Shown in pieces: positions 13,763-28,867 of a stretch of 64,000 bases of DNA. The translations under genes were made by a program, and so were the position numbers. Numbering within the stretch: the stretch's first letter is position 1; each line of letters starts with the position of its first letter. This DNA is from Eledone cirrhosa (lineage: Eukaryota), in the NCBI GenBank assembly GCA_964016885.1, contig OZ024741.1:287556001-287620000 (forward strand), read 5' to 3'. The notes beneath the pieces were generated by a model. It worked only from the letters and a program-made list of their open reading frames with translations, did not search any database and had not been told where the DNA came from.

Positions 13763-14612
13763 CAGGCGTCTCAAACTTAGGGACTCAAAAGGGTGATACA
13801 CAGCGGGCCAAAGGTGAGATGAGGTGGAGTGGGGTGATTTCCACCAGTTATAACACTAATATGCAATACAGTTGATAGGCAGCTTTTTTTTTTCGTCCCA
13901 ATATATACACATATGAGAGTGAGATATGTCAATTGGTAGAAAATGTAGGTGTGGGGACATTTTCCGTTTCAATTTTTCCTTGTTTTTACTTTGGTAAAAT
14001 CTGTTATTACCATTTTATTGTATTTCATGAGTAATTTGCAATAAAGTGTATTATAAATATTATTAGAACAAGGAAAACAAAAGCAAACGTTATAAAACAT
14101 TTTCCCCATGTTCTGTTGTGTGAATTAGTTTTCTGTAATCTCAGTCATTCCTCCACCACAATAAGTCTTTGAAACAAGCCGATGTAGATTTCATTAACTG
14201 TTTTTATGTATATAAAATTGGATACATATTTCTACTTTTCAATTTTGATCAGGCTGGCAAGTCAAGCATAATATTGCTGCAGATGTTGCTGCTGTTGCTG
14301 CTTCTGATGTTGCTGCTGTTGTTGCTGCAGCTATTGCTGCTGTTGCTGCTGTTGCTGCTGCAGCTGTTGTTGTTGCTGCTGCTGTTGCTGCTGCTGATGC
14401 TGCTGATGCTGTTGATGCTGATGATGATGCTGTTGCTACTTCTGCCCTTTCTGCTGCTGATGCTGTATTTGTTGCTGCTGTTTCTGGTGCTATAAGAGTA
14501 TGGAAGACGCAAGGGACAAATTACCAAGTTTTAGGAAAATATTAGTCACGAAAAATTGTTCCTACGAGGGTCATAGAAAAGTACTGTGCGGGACGCATGT
14601 TTGAGACCCCTG
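13763..14612. mobile_element. Non-autonomous hAT element containing a (CTG)n/(TTG)n tract
   Basis: TIRs caggcgtctcaaac / gtttgagacccctg; 8-bp TSD ttttatag / ttttataa. Confidence 0.8.
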
Positions 14613-15207
14613 TTTTATAATATATTTTTATAGATATGTAAGGAGACAGGATAGTACAATTTTATCACTTGTGGCGTAATTTGGTCATGCTTGGTCAGTG
14701 GCCAGCCCTGTAGGCTTGGTGACATATGAATACAAATGACCATTTCCGACCAGCAGTAGAACGCGCCTTTTGCACAAACTAGCTGTTAGCTGCGTATTGG
14801 ACGTTGGTAGTGCAACAGCTCTTAACTAGTTTCCACTGTTTTTTTTTTCTCTCTAACATTGAGAGTAGTTCGTTGGACGGCCTTTCAGGGATTTTCCATG
14901 TATCCATTGTCTTTGTTTTACCAAATATTCCAATCCCTGACAATAAGTAAGGATAAATTAGTGTCTGTCTCACTGCATTTGTTGGCCTACTAGAAAAAAA
15001 AACATTCATTTCGCTGCCATCTTCACACAGAAAACCTTGCTGCGTACATTTTGTAACATGTTCCAAACAATCAAAGGTATAAATTATTTTTGTATAAAAA
15101 AAACTACGCCTTCTGATCTATACCTTTTGAACCAATATATCTCCTTCTTTCGATACTGGCAATCTTGCTAAAAGGTGATAACGACCTAAACATATATTAT
15201 TCATATA

Positions 15208-15408
<201 letters not shown>

Positions 15409-15409
15409 A

Positions 15410-15440
<31 letters not shown>

Positions 15441-15559
15441 GAGGTTATCACATACATAAAATTAAATTAAATTAAATCAAGGATACATATATGTGTTGCA
15501 ACTGTTCACTTTTAAGCTCAATGAAGAATTAATAAATTAAAATTAAAAAATCAGAGCAT

Positions 15560-16102
<543 letters not shown>

Positions 16103-16832
16103 GCAAAATTTGAAATTAGAAGTTAGGATTATCCGTCATCAGTTATCTACTAGGTATCATAGGTATTTCTTCGCGTTAGAGACAAGATACGTCAGCCTAG
16201 GGCGAAAAAATAACTAAAGTTAGTTTGTGTATAACTTACAAACAGCGGACAACAGAGGCCATGTACCGTTCCTCTCCGACAGATAACTTTCCATCCCGGA
16301 AAACCCCCCAGTTGATGGATGCGAATCCGAAATATAGGGACAATTAAATCTCTCCCAAGGTAACTCTATCTCATGTTATTATTTTTATATTTTACGCTCT
16401 TTCCTACGTTCCTCTACACACTATACATCTCACTCTACATTCCCTTACATCTCTCTCTTCACCACCGGATTCTATTACCCGGAGATTTACCCATCTGCAT
16501 TGTTGAGGCTTCCAAAACGACCCCCCAAAAATTGTATTATTCCACAATGCTTCAAGCAAACTTCAATACTCTCTTATATATATATATATATATATATATT
16601 TCGTTTCTGGTGCGTGTGTTTCTTATTGGCAACATGACCCTCCCAAAGTATAACAATATATATATATATATATATATAGGACTCGTATGTTTATAATTAT
16701 TGATTATTGCCTCTGATAATTGATTTTCCCTTTTTTATAGGTCTCTGTAGTGTTATTAATAATATAAAATGGAAGGTGGTGCATTGGCAGACTTCGTATG
16801 GCGTCTGATAAAATTACATTGCGGTATTTGTA

Positions 16833-17775
16833 TCTTCTTCTTCTTCGCCCACTTATTCCTGTGGTTCCTGTCAGAAGCAACCATCTCCAACTAATCCGGC
16901 TGGATTCCCAAGCGAGTCCAGCCAGGCTCATGGGTGTTTCCATTTTGCTCAGGGTCTACCCCTGGGTCTCATGCCGGTTGGTTTTGCCCGTAAAATCTGT
17001 CTGTGATTCTTTCCTGAGACGATCTAACTACATGGCCGTAGTATCGGAGCTATGACCTCTCAATTCGTAGAAATAGTGGCTCTACCTGAAGCGACTCTCT
17101 GATCTCCGAGTTATTCCAAAGAATATTCGGGGAAACCCCATTTCGGCTGCTTTTATTTGCAATTGTATTCTTTTAATCATTATCCAAGATTCATGACCAT
17201 ATTTAAGGGTTTGCACAAGTACCAAATTTAAGATGGCGAGTTTGGCTTTTACACCTTCTGGTTACTGAATGCTGAAGCTGTCATATTACTACACCAGCTC
17301 CTGCAATTCTTGCACTTAATTTAGCTTCCGAGATACTTGGACTTCCCCACCTGCTTCAGTGAAACTCTATTCATATATAGAATACACTGCGCAGACTTCC
17401 TTGAGAGGTGATTTTCATTCCAGCCATACAGCATTCACCTCAAACCTATCAACTGCAAGTCGGAGATCACCTTCTGTCAAGTTAAGTAACACCATATCGT
17501 CTGCAAATCCTAACCGACTGATTTTACACCTGCCAGTCATGATACCACTTACAACTCGGCTGTGCATGTCAATCCTGTTCATGAAAATAATGAACAGGAG
17601 ATGTGACAGTACGCACCCTTGGCAGAGTCCGACTCCCAAATTGAATGGTTTCGATTTAGCATCATTTATCCGAACACAAATACTCGAGCATTCGTATAGA
17701 GATATCGTGGGGCGGGGACCACAAGAAGCTGACCATCGACCCCATACTCCTGCAGAAATTTCCACAATATAGAAA
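16833..17775 (-). mobile_element. RTE-clade LINE, degenerate 3' part
   Basis: GLCQGCVLSHLLFIIFMNRI...LGFADDMVL; ends in an (AGA)n tail at ~16833-16845. Confidence 0.8.
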
Positions 17776-17821
17776 CGCAGCGATAAACCTTTTCGAGGTC
17801 TATTTGTATTGTTTCTTTAAA

Positions 17822-17968
17822 TTCTGAGTTCAAATCCCGCCGAGGTCAACTTTGCAATTCATCCTTCCGGTATCGATAAAATAATGTACCGGTCAACTAG
17901 TTGAGTTGATTTTATCAACTTTGCCCTTTCACCAAATTTGCTGGCCTTGTGCCTAAATTGAAACTCAA
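17822..17968 (+). mobile_element. Family A SINE
   Basis: ttctgagttcaaatcccgccgaggtcaactttgc...gctggccttgtgcctaaatt. Confidence 0.8.
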
Positions 17969-19545
17969 TAATATAGCATGGATTTATGTGTCCCGCTTTG
18001 AAAACAAGGATCCTTCTTCTCGATTCTAACAATATTAAAATATGTTTAATCGGAATGGAACTGGCACGAACAATCAAGCTGACAAGCTCAATTATACTCT
18101 TTTCCATCCGCTACATGGAACTATACAACCATAAGATTGGTTGACGTATCTTCATACATTTATGAAGTAAGTCAATATCTTGAGGCAGTTTCTTAAATTA
18201 TCGCATTTACTTGGTTTTCCATCTCGAAAAATGCTTCTACAAGAATTTCCTTTTATTATATCGTTGTAAAATTGTATCACTCTAAAACTATGAAATGGAA
18301 TATATCTAGTTGCTGAGATAATAAAAGCTTAATCATGGTTGACATGTAAATTGAAAAGACTAAAGTTTTCTGTTAGTTAAGGTAATTTAATGAAACTAAA
18401 GGCCTCTCTTTTAAAGCCTCGGTTTTTGTTGCTCCATACAACTGTATTCAGTCTTAGTTGTGAATTCATCCAATAAGAAGGGAACACCTTGTTTTTCAAA
18501 AGTAGAAGACAGAAATATATTGTGTATAATAAGTATCCCATATTAGTATCGTAAAAGCGGACTGACTGGAAATATTTCTTCCCTTGAAGCATTAAATTAA
18601 TCATGACTAATATCATGATTTTGCTTTCTTTAAAAAACAATGCTCTCGTAATAGGAATTTCTTCTTAAGTTTTTCTATATAATATCTTTGTGGGCGGGAA
18701 AAAGAATGAAACGGACGAGATTCAATACCCAAGTAATAGTAGGTTTATAGGCAGTATCAGCTGAAGAAATCCCAACACATCGAAACCAGTCCGGCTGATC
18801 GACCTTTTTTCTGTCCAAGAAGATATTGTATATGCAGAGGTGTTTACATTTATCTATACATACAGTATTAACTAAACATCTATAGATATAAATATTTTCT
18901 GAAATATAGTATACCTTTGAAATAAACTACTGTTAACGTATCAGTAATTTATTAATCGACCTAGTTACCACAAATACATCATATATGAACATTAGTCTAA
19001 CTAGTTTACTTAAGTTCTTAGTAATAAGGAGTTATATGCAGTATCTTGGTGGACAGTGAAAAAAGCTACTTAGTCACTGATGAAATCCCAATACATAACT
19101 GTAACTAACTCGGTGTTTCAATGCTGCTCTGTCAATGAAGTCACTATATATACATAGTGAATGCCTAAACTTGCCTATACATAGAATGTTGGATAAAGAT
19201 TTAGAGATATATCCTGATGCACCATATATCATAGATACACACGCGCATACAGAAGTGATAGGAAGAAAGGAGCAAAAAAAGAAAATGAACGATACAAGAT
19301 CATATAAACATCATTTCACCGCTTCAGCTCTAAGACTAGTTGTAGTTTCACACGATTTAATTTAAGAGGACTACATAATATTTCTGGCTCGTGCAACAGA
19401 AAATAGATATTTCTGTTGTTATGATGTTTGTGTGATAAAACGAACAAATTATCATTACCGAAAACTATCATTACCAAAACAAATACGTGGAGAAAATGTA
19501 TTGTTGATGGATTAAACACATGTTGTTTAAAAATTTACGAAGTTG

Positions 19546-19576
<31 letters not shown>

Positions 19577-19634
19577 CACATGAAGGGTTTTTCTGTTATG
19601 ATTTTAGTTTTTGTTTTAATTTTGTTATATTTAA

Positions 19635-20400
19635 CCGGCCTCCGCATGTATGAGCCACACAAATGCCGTTATGGAATTGTTGTTGGCAAGTTTGGCTCGC
19701 TTCCACTGTCTTGTCGCCAGAGCACAGGCCAGTTCCTCCGACATGCCCCTCTCAACGGCATATTGAAAAGGAACCTGGATGCAGCTAGCTTCCCATCACA
19801 ACTGGAGCCAACATGCCTCGACTGCGGAGACGACAAGCGCCTCGACGGAATTGCCATCTTCCCATTCGAGGGAGGTAAATTGCTCATCTGGAACGCCACA
19901 TGTTTTGACACGTTCTCCGCCTCCAACTTAGCCGCTTCAGCCACAAACCCGGTACTACGGACAGCAATGCAGAGGACAAGAAACAAACAAATACCGGGGC
20001 TTGTCCGGTCGCTTCCGCTTCGTACCGGTCACCGTCGAGACTCAGGCGACCTCGGATTCCGTAATGCCGAGCTCCTCCGCAAAATCGGAACTTCAACAGC
20101 CTATCTCAGAAAGGATCCATGCGAGGTGGGGTGGCTGTTGCAGCGAGTGTCGCTTGCCATTGACTGCGGAAATGCCTTTCCAGTTTTGTCCGCGAAGCGC
20201 AGCCCAAACACCACCTCGCTCTTGGCCCAAAGCTCATCACCCTCTTCCTTACCCCTCTCTTTTTTCCGTGGCCCATGAGTCCTTGTTTTTCCTTCCTTTT
20301 CCTCTCATTTATGGCATTTATAGTCCTCTCGTATACCTTACCATACAGCCAGATCTGCACTTCTTTACCCCTTCCTCTTTTTCTCATTACTTAATTTTGT
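19635..20400 (+). mobile_element. CRE-like non-LTR retrotransposon 3' fragment (restriction-like endonuclease)
   Basis: RH..LN.ILKR.L....PS.LEP...D.KR(P/L)DG...P...GK.LIW.ATC.DT.S.S; FVPVTVET in another frame; WLLQRVSLAI..GNA. Confidence 0.75.
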
Positions 20401-20611
20401 TTTTATCATTCTTATTCATATTTATGTAATTGTCCATGGGAGTTACTATTCGCTTTCTCATTGAAAAAAAAGATACAAGAAACACCGAGTAATTGTATTT
20501 TGTTTGTTTTTCTGTATTTTGTTGTAGGCTCGGCTTGTGAAAAGAAAAGAATGTGTGAATGTATTATGTATGTATGCTATGTTATGTATGTAAGAATGTA
20601 TGTATGTATGA

Positions 20612-20674
<63 letters not shown>

Positions 20675-20828
20675 AAAGTATATATATATATTTATATATA
20701 TATTTATATATATTTGTGTGTATGTATATATATTAGTAGTAGTTCAATTATGTAACTTGTTGGACACCATGCGGTTTTGGTAACGGCATGGTCTGCATAC
20801 TATCTATTCAATATTTTCCCTCTTGAAG

Positions 20829-20899
<71 letters not shown>

Positions 20900-20917
20900 A
20901 GAGCGAGAGAGATAGAA

Positions 20918-20992
<75 letters not shown>

Positions 20993-21567
20993 TGCGTGTG
21001 TGTGGGAGAGAGGGTGGTGAGAGGGGGTAAAGAGACTGAAAGACAGGATGGATAAGAAAAGTTTCATTTGTTTGTCATAGTTATTACATTATACAATTAT
21101 ACGTTACAATAATGTGTTCTCAATACAAAAGGTTTTTTTTTACTGGCGTAGACAATTGGTTAAAAAAGCCAAGAAAAGAAAATGTTCAAACACTTACAAA
21201 CGTTTGTATACTGAAATTAATCTGACAGTAGAAGAGGTAATGTTCTTAGTTTAAGCTGTCTCGCAGAGCAGTATTAGGAGAAATAGTATAAGAAAAAAAA
21301 AATAGAGGAAATACAAGAAATGAAAGTGTAGAAGAAGAGGAATATGAAATAAGATATTGATTCTGTTATGAAAAGTAAGTTTGGTGAAAATGAATGAAAG
21401 AATAAATAAATGAATGGTCAGTTTCGAATTTGATTAGTTTGAATGTGTAAACTGTGTAAGCTCTATCACAAACAAAGACGTTAAGATCCCGCTGACCACA
21501 AAAAAAAGACAAAGTGAATGTAACTCTAATATCTTGGTGTAGGTAGGGGATTTGATCATACTGCCGC

Positions 21568-21986
21568 CTTCTTCTACTACTGCTACTACTACTACTTCAT
21601 TTTCTTTTTCTTTTTCTTTTTCTTCTTCTTCTTCTTCTTCTTTTTCTTCTTGCTTTTCACCTTCTTCTTCCTTTTCTTCTTTTCCTTCCTCTTCTTCTTC
21701 TGCCTTTTCTTCTTCTTCTTCACCTTCTTCTTCTTCTTCCTTTTCTTCTTTTTTTCTTCTTCTTCTTCTTCCTTTTTTCTTTTTCTTCTTCTTTTTCTTC
21801 TTTTTTTCTTTTTCATCATCATCATCATCATCATCTTCTTCCTTTTCTTCTTTTTTTCATTTTCTTTTTTTGTTCTTCTCTTCTTCTTCTCTTCTTCTTC
21901 TTCTTCTTCTTCTTCTCCTTCCTGTTCCTTTTCCTCTTCTTCTTCTTCTTCTTCTTCTTCTTCTTCTTCTTCTTCTTCTTCTTCTT
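21568..21986. repeat. (TTC)n-rich polypyrimidine tract
   Basis: Direct reading. Confidence 0.95.
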
Positions 21987-22617
21987 GGTTAAATGGGCTC
22001 AAGAAAGTAGAAAAGTATAATAAACTAATCTTAGTTATTGGTCCTAAGGTATTTAACTTCATCACAGACTGGAGAAGGAATAAATCATTAATGCTGCAAT
22101 GGATAAAGATTGTTAAAGAGAAAAAAATATATTTTGAACTTAAACATTTAGAAAAGAAATAAAGAAACTACAGTTTATCTTAATTTATCAATCATAGTTA
22201 ATAATAGATTTCTCCCTTCAAATCTGGCTGAAGTTAACTCTGTCAGGAGTCGATAAAGATAAAGTAGCACTCAAGTACTGGGGTTGACTTTCTATTCCCC
22301 AATAGCTGCTGGCCTCGTGTCTAAATTAGAAATTAAAACTAAATAATAAATTTTTGAACATGTTCAAACATAACAATAAATGCTCGAGATGACTTGTAGT
22401 GGGATTTAACTCGGTTCATGCAGATATATAGATGGATGGATGGTCCTGTAACTCCTGTGGGAGTAGTTGGGGCACCGTAATAATATACAGCGTTTCTATA
22501 ACATTTTCAAACCTGACGGAGACTATCTCCTCTCCAAGTCTGAATGAAGCACATTTCTTCCAGAGAAGGATAAAATGTGAGAGAATGGAAGTGAGAAAGA
22601 GATATAGATGAAGAATT

Positions 22618-22770
22618 GACCTCAGTACTAGACTGGTATTTTTTATCAATATTGAATGGATGAAAGGCAAAATTGACTAGAGCGGGATTTGAACACAGAA
22701 AGCAGAGAGCCAAAACGAATACCGCAGGGCGCTCTATTCGACGTTCTAAAAACTCTGCTAAGTCATCGCC
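22618..22770 (-). mobile_element. Degenerate family A SINE (another partial copy at 23190-23282)
   Basis: ggatgaaaggcaaaattgac...gcgggatttgaac. Confidence 0.7.
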
Positions 22771-22852
22771 TATGTTGATACATAAGCGAGCATTTTTGCC
22801 TCACGAACGTGCACTAATGTGACATATAGTATAAACAGGCTTCACACACTTA

Positions 22853-23047
22853 ACATGTATGTGGGACCGTTGATTTTAGAGTCCAGTTATGGCCATCCCT
22901 GTATAGTAGAAGAGCCTCTTCAAAACTGGCCTCACATCAGACATTTTTTGTCTGAGCGCCTGTGGTGAGACAAGTTTTCAAAAGACTCCTCCACTATGTT
23001 GTAGTTGCCATAACTGGACCCTGAAATCAATGGTTATGCATACATGT
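22853..23047. mobile_element. Foldback/MITE-like imperfect palindrome
   Basis: acatgtatg...gtccagttatggc pairs with gccataactggac...catacatgt; the inner part is also self-complementary. Confidence 0.6.
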
Positions 23048-23129
23048 TATGTGTATGAAACTTTGAATAAACTCTCTTGTAATAGATTGAGCTTTGTTTT
23101 CATTGACCTTTTATCTACGGAAATCGTGC

Positions 23130-23172
<43 letters not shown>

Positions 23173-23332
23173 TTCACATGTATATACATAATTGTTTCTA
23201 CTTTTTGGCATAAGGCCAGCAATTACCCAGTGCATTACTAGTACTATATTTTATCGACCCCGTAAGGCTGAAAGGCAAAGTTATATACATAATACACTGC
23301 AAGCATAACACACACACACAAATATATGTATG

Positions 23333-23443
<111 letters not shown>

Positions 23444-23649
23444 AAGTAATTAAGTCAAATATTTATGATTTGGCTTCGTTTATTAAAGATGTACTGCTAT
23501 ATATATTTGGGTGACAGCCTTCATCGGTTGTGACCTCTTCAGGCAGTTCGAATTGGTGTGGTAGAGACAGGTACACATGTTGTTAAAGTGTTTTACTCTG
23601 TCAATACTCTGATATGTCCAGCTCCTGGTTGGGTTGTTATTTCTCTGAG

Positions 23650-23716
<67 letters not shown>

Positions 23717-23788
23717 TAAATATATGCATATACATACATATATATATATATTTATATATATATATATTTATATATATATATATATATA

Positions 23789-24533
23789 TTTTAAAGGATT
23801 GTAAATAAAACGAGTAAATCAGACAAAGTTGGAATTCCTTTTATTAATATATATATATATATATATGTAAAGTTATATTTAAAATTGTTGGGTTACAACT
23901 AGTAAATATTTATAACTGATATAAAAGCACTCGACAAATATTTGGAGTATATATACAATATTAAATAAATGGAAAACTATATTTATAAAACCATATCTAT
24001 TTCATTATATATATTTCGGGGATATCATATTAACAATATGCTATGCCTTCATCAGACAAAATACAATATAAACAGTTTTATAGATAAATATATTCGACAT
24101 ACCGTAATAAACATCAACTTCATTTGAAGAGGTTTACGCTAGCAGTGAAAATACAGAGAGGCTCTCTGTATTTTCACTGCTAGCGTAAACCTCTTCAAAT
24201 GAAGTTGATGTTTATTACGGTATGTCGAATATATTTATCTATAAAACTGTTTATATTGTATTTTGTCTGATGAAGGCATAGCATATTGTTAATATGATAT
24301 CCCCGAAATATATATAATGAAATAGATATGGTTTTATAAATATAGTTTTCCATTTATTTAATATTGTAAATATACTCCAAATATTTGTCGAGTGCTTTTA
24401 TATCAGTTATAAATATTTACTAGTTGTAACCCAACAATTTTAAATATAACTTTACATATATATATATATATATATTAATAAAAGGAATTCCAACTTTGTC
24501 TGATTTACTCGTTTTATTTACAATCCTTTAAAA
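23789..24533. repeat. Near-perfect 745-bp palindrome (372-bp arms, 1-nt centre at 24161)
   Basis: Centre atacagagag-g-ctctctgtat; one substitution seen between arms; each arm has a hammerhead in opposite orientation. Confidence 0.95.
24259..24324 (+). ncRNA. Type I hammerhead motif (mirror copy on - strand at ~23998-24063)
   Basis: tattttgt CTGATGA aggcatagcatatt gtt aatatgatatcccc GAAA tatata TA atgaaata; 8-bp stem I with two GU pairs. Confidence 0.7.
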
Positions 24534-27500
24534 TTTTATAATGGTATTAGAATGAAATAGTATGGTAGAATATTAAATGTTAAGTGTTAATTGAACAAGT
24601 ACTTTCATTATTTCGCAATCTTTAGATTCATATTCTGTGGTGACAGTCAAGTTTGCAATTTTCAACTGTAATGAGATGGGTAAATTGTGTGCCTTATATA
24701 CAGTGAAAATCGGCTACAGAATGCTAGATTCTGCAAACTGTATTTCGACCAATCGGTGTGTAATTTCACTGGATTACTAAAGCTGATTGGTTTAGGCGTC
24801 ACGGCTGGTTGAACATGTCTAACGACTTCTATTTGACCCTATCCAAAGCATCAATTGTTTTACTATTTTTAGAAATGATGAAAATAGCATTTTCTAGTAA
24901 TCATCACCATCAACATCACTTTTATTATTATTATCATTGTTGTTGTTGTTGTTGTCAATGGTCGTAGTCATAGTCATAGTAGAAGTAATACCCCTAAGCG
25001 TTATTATTGTTCATTTAGCTTTGGTTGGAATTTATCAATAACATTTTTTTCTTTGATTTTTCTCTTGATTTCACTTGGGCTGTGTAATTTGTAGAATGGA
25101 AATATTATAAATATTCTCTGACCACATGTTGCTAGATGGTTACTCGGGGGTATATGACGGACATTTGGGTCTCTGATTTGCTGTCGCTGTACCTGTGCAC
25201 GTTCCGATAGTGCATTTCCAGTTTGACCGACATATAGTTCTTCACAATTCGGGCATTTAATGCAGTAAATTAGATTTCTGCTTTTGCAGTTCATATTTGC
25301 ATTTGGGAATATTTTTCCAGTTTTTGTATTCATATATTGACCGTTGTGTATGGATTGACATGTGCCAGATCGACTATCATTGCATTTAGATACAGTGAAT
25401 GATTGGTCTTTGTTGTTAAGGTCAAACTTTGCTTTTGTTAGTAATTGTTTCAAATTTTTCGTCTGTCTTTTACTAAGAGTCAAAGATCGGTCTGTGATTA
25501 ACCCTTTTAATTCATTACTTTGAGCAATGGAATATCTTCAACACTGCTTTGGCAGTGTTGAAGATATTCTGGTGACATGGGTTGTGTCATTATAAATGGT
25601 ATGACCAGTTCTTGGTTTCTTCTTCCTTGGGTTGTCCTAAGTTGTTGTATAGGTATTTTTATAGCCCGCTGTATGTCATTTTCTATAAGTAGAGATGGGT
25701 ATTTTTGTTTAAGCAAAGATTCTCTGTTCTGTTAGGCGTTTGTTCCTGGTATTCGTATCTTCTAAAATGGTACAAATTCTTCTGGCTAGGCAGTATGGGA
25801 TGTTGCGTTTTGTATGGGGTGGATGGCACGACTTAAAATTCAGATATTGATGGGTATCTGTGTGTTTATAATATATATATATTATAAACACACAGATACC
25901 CATCAATATCTGAATTTTAAGTCGTGCCATCCACGTGGTAATGATGGTGTCGTTTTTTATTACCATTATATCTAGGAATGGTAATTTGGTACTACTCATC
26001 TCTTTTGTGAATTGGAGAGATGGGTGTAGGTTATTCAGGAGATTCTGTCCAGATGATGAAACAGTCGTCAAGGTAGTTCTTCCAAGATTTTTCAATGTAC
26101 TTTCTAAAGTCAGTGCTATATTTTTCCTCTATTTCTTGGTAGAGTTGTTGTTCTAAGTATCCCATTACAGAGTTCGCGTAAACGGGAGCAAACTTCTAAT
26201 TTGGATGTAGTTCTTTCCATTGAAGAAGAAAGTGTTGTTTTCCAGAATCAGTTTGACTGCGTCTAATATAAATGGCGCTGTTAATCTGGTGGGAATGACT
26301 TCTCTATGTTTTTCCACCCAGTATTTAACCGCCTTTATTCCTAAATCATGTGCAATGTTGGTGTAAAGGCTTATCACATCAAAACTAAATAGAAGTGAAT
26401 TCGTTTCCGTGGTTTTGGGAAGATGGGACAGGAAGTATCATCTCGGATGAAACTGGGCATGTGAATTCATAGTGGTTTCAAAATAATGTCAACAAAATTG
26501 CTTAGACATGTTGTAGGGCATGTTGGACCAGCTATAATAGGTCTAAGTTTTAAGTCTTTTGGGTGTAGTAATTTAATGTACTCACTGTTTTGTTTTTTTA
26601 CTTCCAGTTGTATTTCTTTTGACTTATGAACTTTCGGTAGGCCATACAGGTTGCTGGGTTTTGGCTCAAAATTGGTGATGTAGTCTCTTTCCTTATCAGT
26701 AAGTGAGTTGTGGTATTTTGAAGCCAGGTTGTTGATCTTCTTCATGATGTTGTGTCTTTCAGTTGTTTCTTTCAGTTGTGTCTTTCAGTTGTTTGGCGGT
26801 ATTTCATGATAGAATGTTGTGTCTTTCAGTTGTTCCTCAACCAAATCTTTGTAGTATTCAGCATCCATTATAACAACTGCACCCCCTTTATCTGCTTGTT
26901 TAATTATTATTGTTTTATCATTTTGTATACGTTTAAGTGCTGACATTTCTGATTTGTTAATGTTTGGCCTAACATTAGTATTTCGTCTAAGAGGAAATTT
27001 AACAGGATGTCAATGTATCAGTCGAGATAGATATTTCTTCTTTTTGGCGGAGTGAAATTTGATTTATTCATCACTCTCATTACTTTTATCAGCGAAGAAT
27101 TCTACAAGACGTATTTTTCGACAGAATTCTTGGGTATCCTCCTTTAGTTCTTGGTGGTTGACTGTTGGAGTCGGTGTGAATTTCAGTCCTTTTGACATAA
27201 TTTGCATTTCATCATTGTCAAGATCTCTTTTGGATAAATTAATTATTTTAGGATATACGTGTACAGTTGCTTTGGGTATGTTTCCTCCTGGAGTTTTTCT
27301 TTTTCCGGTTTTTGTTGTCCTGACGTTAAAAAATGGATTTTTCTCTATTCAGGATTTATATTCCTGTTGGTGTTTTCTTGATGAACTTTTGGTCGTGATA
27401 TTATATTTGGCTTCGTTATGTTTTTTGTCCTATTTTTGGTATTATGTATATTATTTTTCCATTTTTTGTTAGCATTATTTTTAACAATCTGGGGAAATGA

Positions 27501-28502
27501 CCTAGGTTTGCTTTCAGGTTTAGATCGTTTTTTCGCCCAGTTTCTTGTGGGTAATCTTTGTTGAGATCTAGAGAGTGATCTGGTTATTCTACGGTTTTTC
27601 CCCGTTCCTTGTTAGTAGTCTCTGTTGAGATCTTGAGAATGATCTCCTGGTTTTTCTACTTCTCATGGTCTGGTCAAAGGAATATCTATCGTGTTTGTGC
27701 TTTTTGTTCATGTTGTGTGCGTTAGGGTGTTTTTGTAGAAAAAGCGAAGAGTTCTTACCGTAGTTCTTCTTTGATTCAAGGTAAGGTGAGTGTTTGTGTT
27801 GCCACGTGTTCTAGCGTATGTTGTGTTGGTGATATTGTCCACTTTTAATGCTTTTTCTCAGAGTTCCAGAGTCTTTACCGTAATTTGCAGCATATTCGTC
27901 GAGAAATAATTGTTTCTGCTGCCATAACTTTTTTGATTTGCTTTCTTCTTTTGAGATATCTCTGATCCATAGTTCTCGTAGTTTTTCAGCTATATTACCA
28001 GTCGTTAGCTTTGAAATTTCGACTTCAATTTGGTCATCAATAGCTTCCTATTTGGCTTTGTAGCAGGATTGTTTACATTGAGAAATGGAGATGTCGGTCC
28101 TGAATTTTGTCAATGTAAGTTCCCATCGGAGTTTTGTTTCTTCTTCTGGTGCTCCTGCAATTTCTGTAATTAGGTATTTACGAGGGAGTATGGGTGCCGT
28201 TAGAGAGAGCCATTTCGAATGTGTTTCGACATATTTTTCGCATTTGTATGCTTTCCAGAAGTTTTATTTTCTTATGTTAAGAAGTTTTTTCCATGTCTTC
28301 CACATTTCATTTCTTATTCGATGTGTTTTGTTTACCAAATTTCTTTCGTTTAGTTCTGACATCCAAGGGGGTTGTGGTAGGCTTTCTCTTGTATCTTTGA
28401 TAACTGTTGGTATAATTTCAGCTAAATTCTTAATTTCAGAATTTATATGTTCAGTTATAAGTTTTCCGTCTGTAGATTGTTTTTCTATTTCCTTATATAT
28501 AG

Positions 28503-28595
<93 letters not shown>

Positions 28596-28630
28596 TATGA
28601 ACTGCTATTTCTAATAGCCATCTTTTCACC
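24534..28630 (-). mobile_element. Near full-length degenerate Penelope-like element, family P2
   Basis: Frameshifted fragments in order: LYGLPKVHK, LRPIIAG, DVISLYTNI, FFFNGKNYIQ, YLDDCF, LPFLD, TDTHQYLNFKSCHP, then GIY-YIG NLIYCIKCPNC..LYVGQTG...FQPKLN. Confidence 0.9.
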
Positions 28631-28867
28631 TCTTAATAATTTGTGTGTGAGACACGTTGGCTGAGAGCATTTGACGGGAACGAAAAGACTGATTCTTTTC
28701 GCTTCCCGCCGCCACGTAAAATTTGTAAATCGGTGGCTAGTTGAGAGATAGAATCTTATTGGGTGCCAGTTGCTAATCGCTTTACCGTGTCAGTCCTCAC
28801 AGACAGTCATGATCGGCATAGGCTGGTGTTCGGATCTGTCGATCGATTGGTTATTGATTAAGCGATA

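Noticed and set aside
14690-15185. Possible decayed DNA-transposon coding remnant (SGIG..KT.DTW and KRA.Y...W-like traces on the minus strand)
   Set aside because: Too degenerate to assign without a translated homology search
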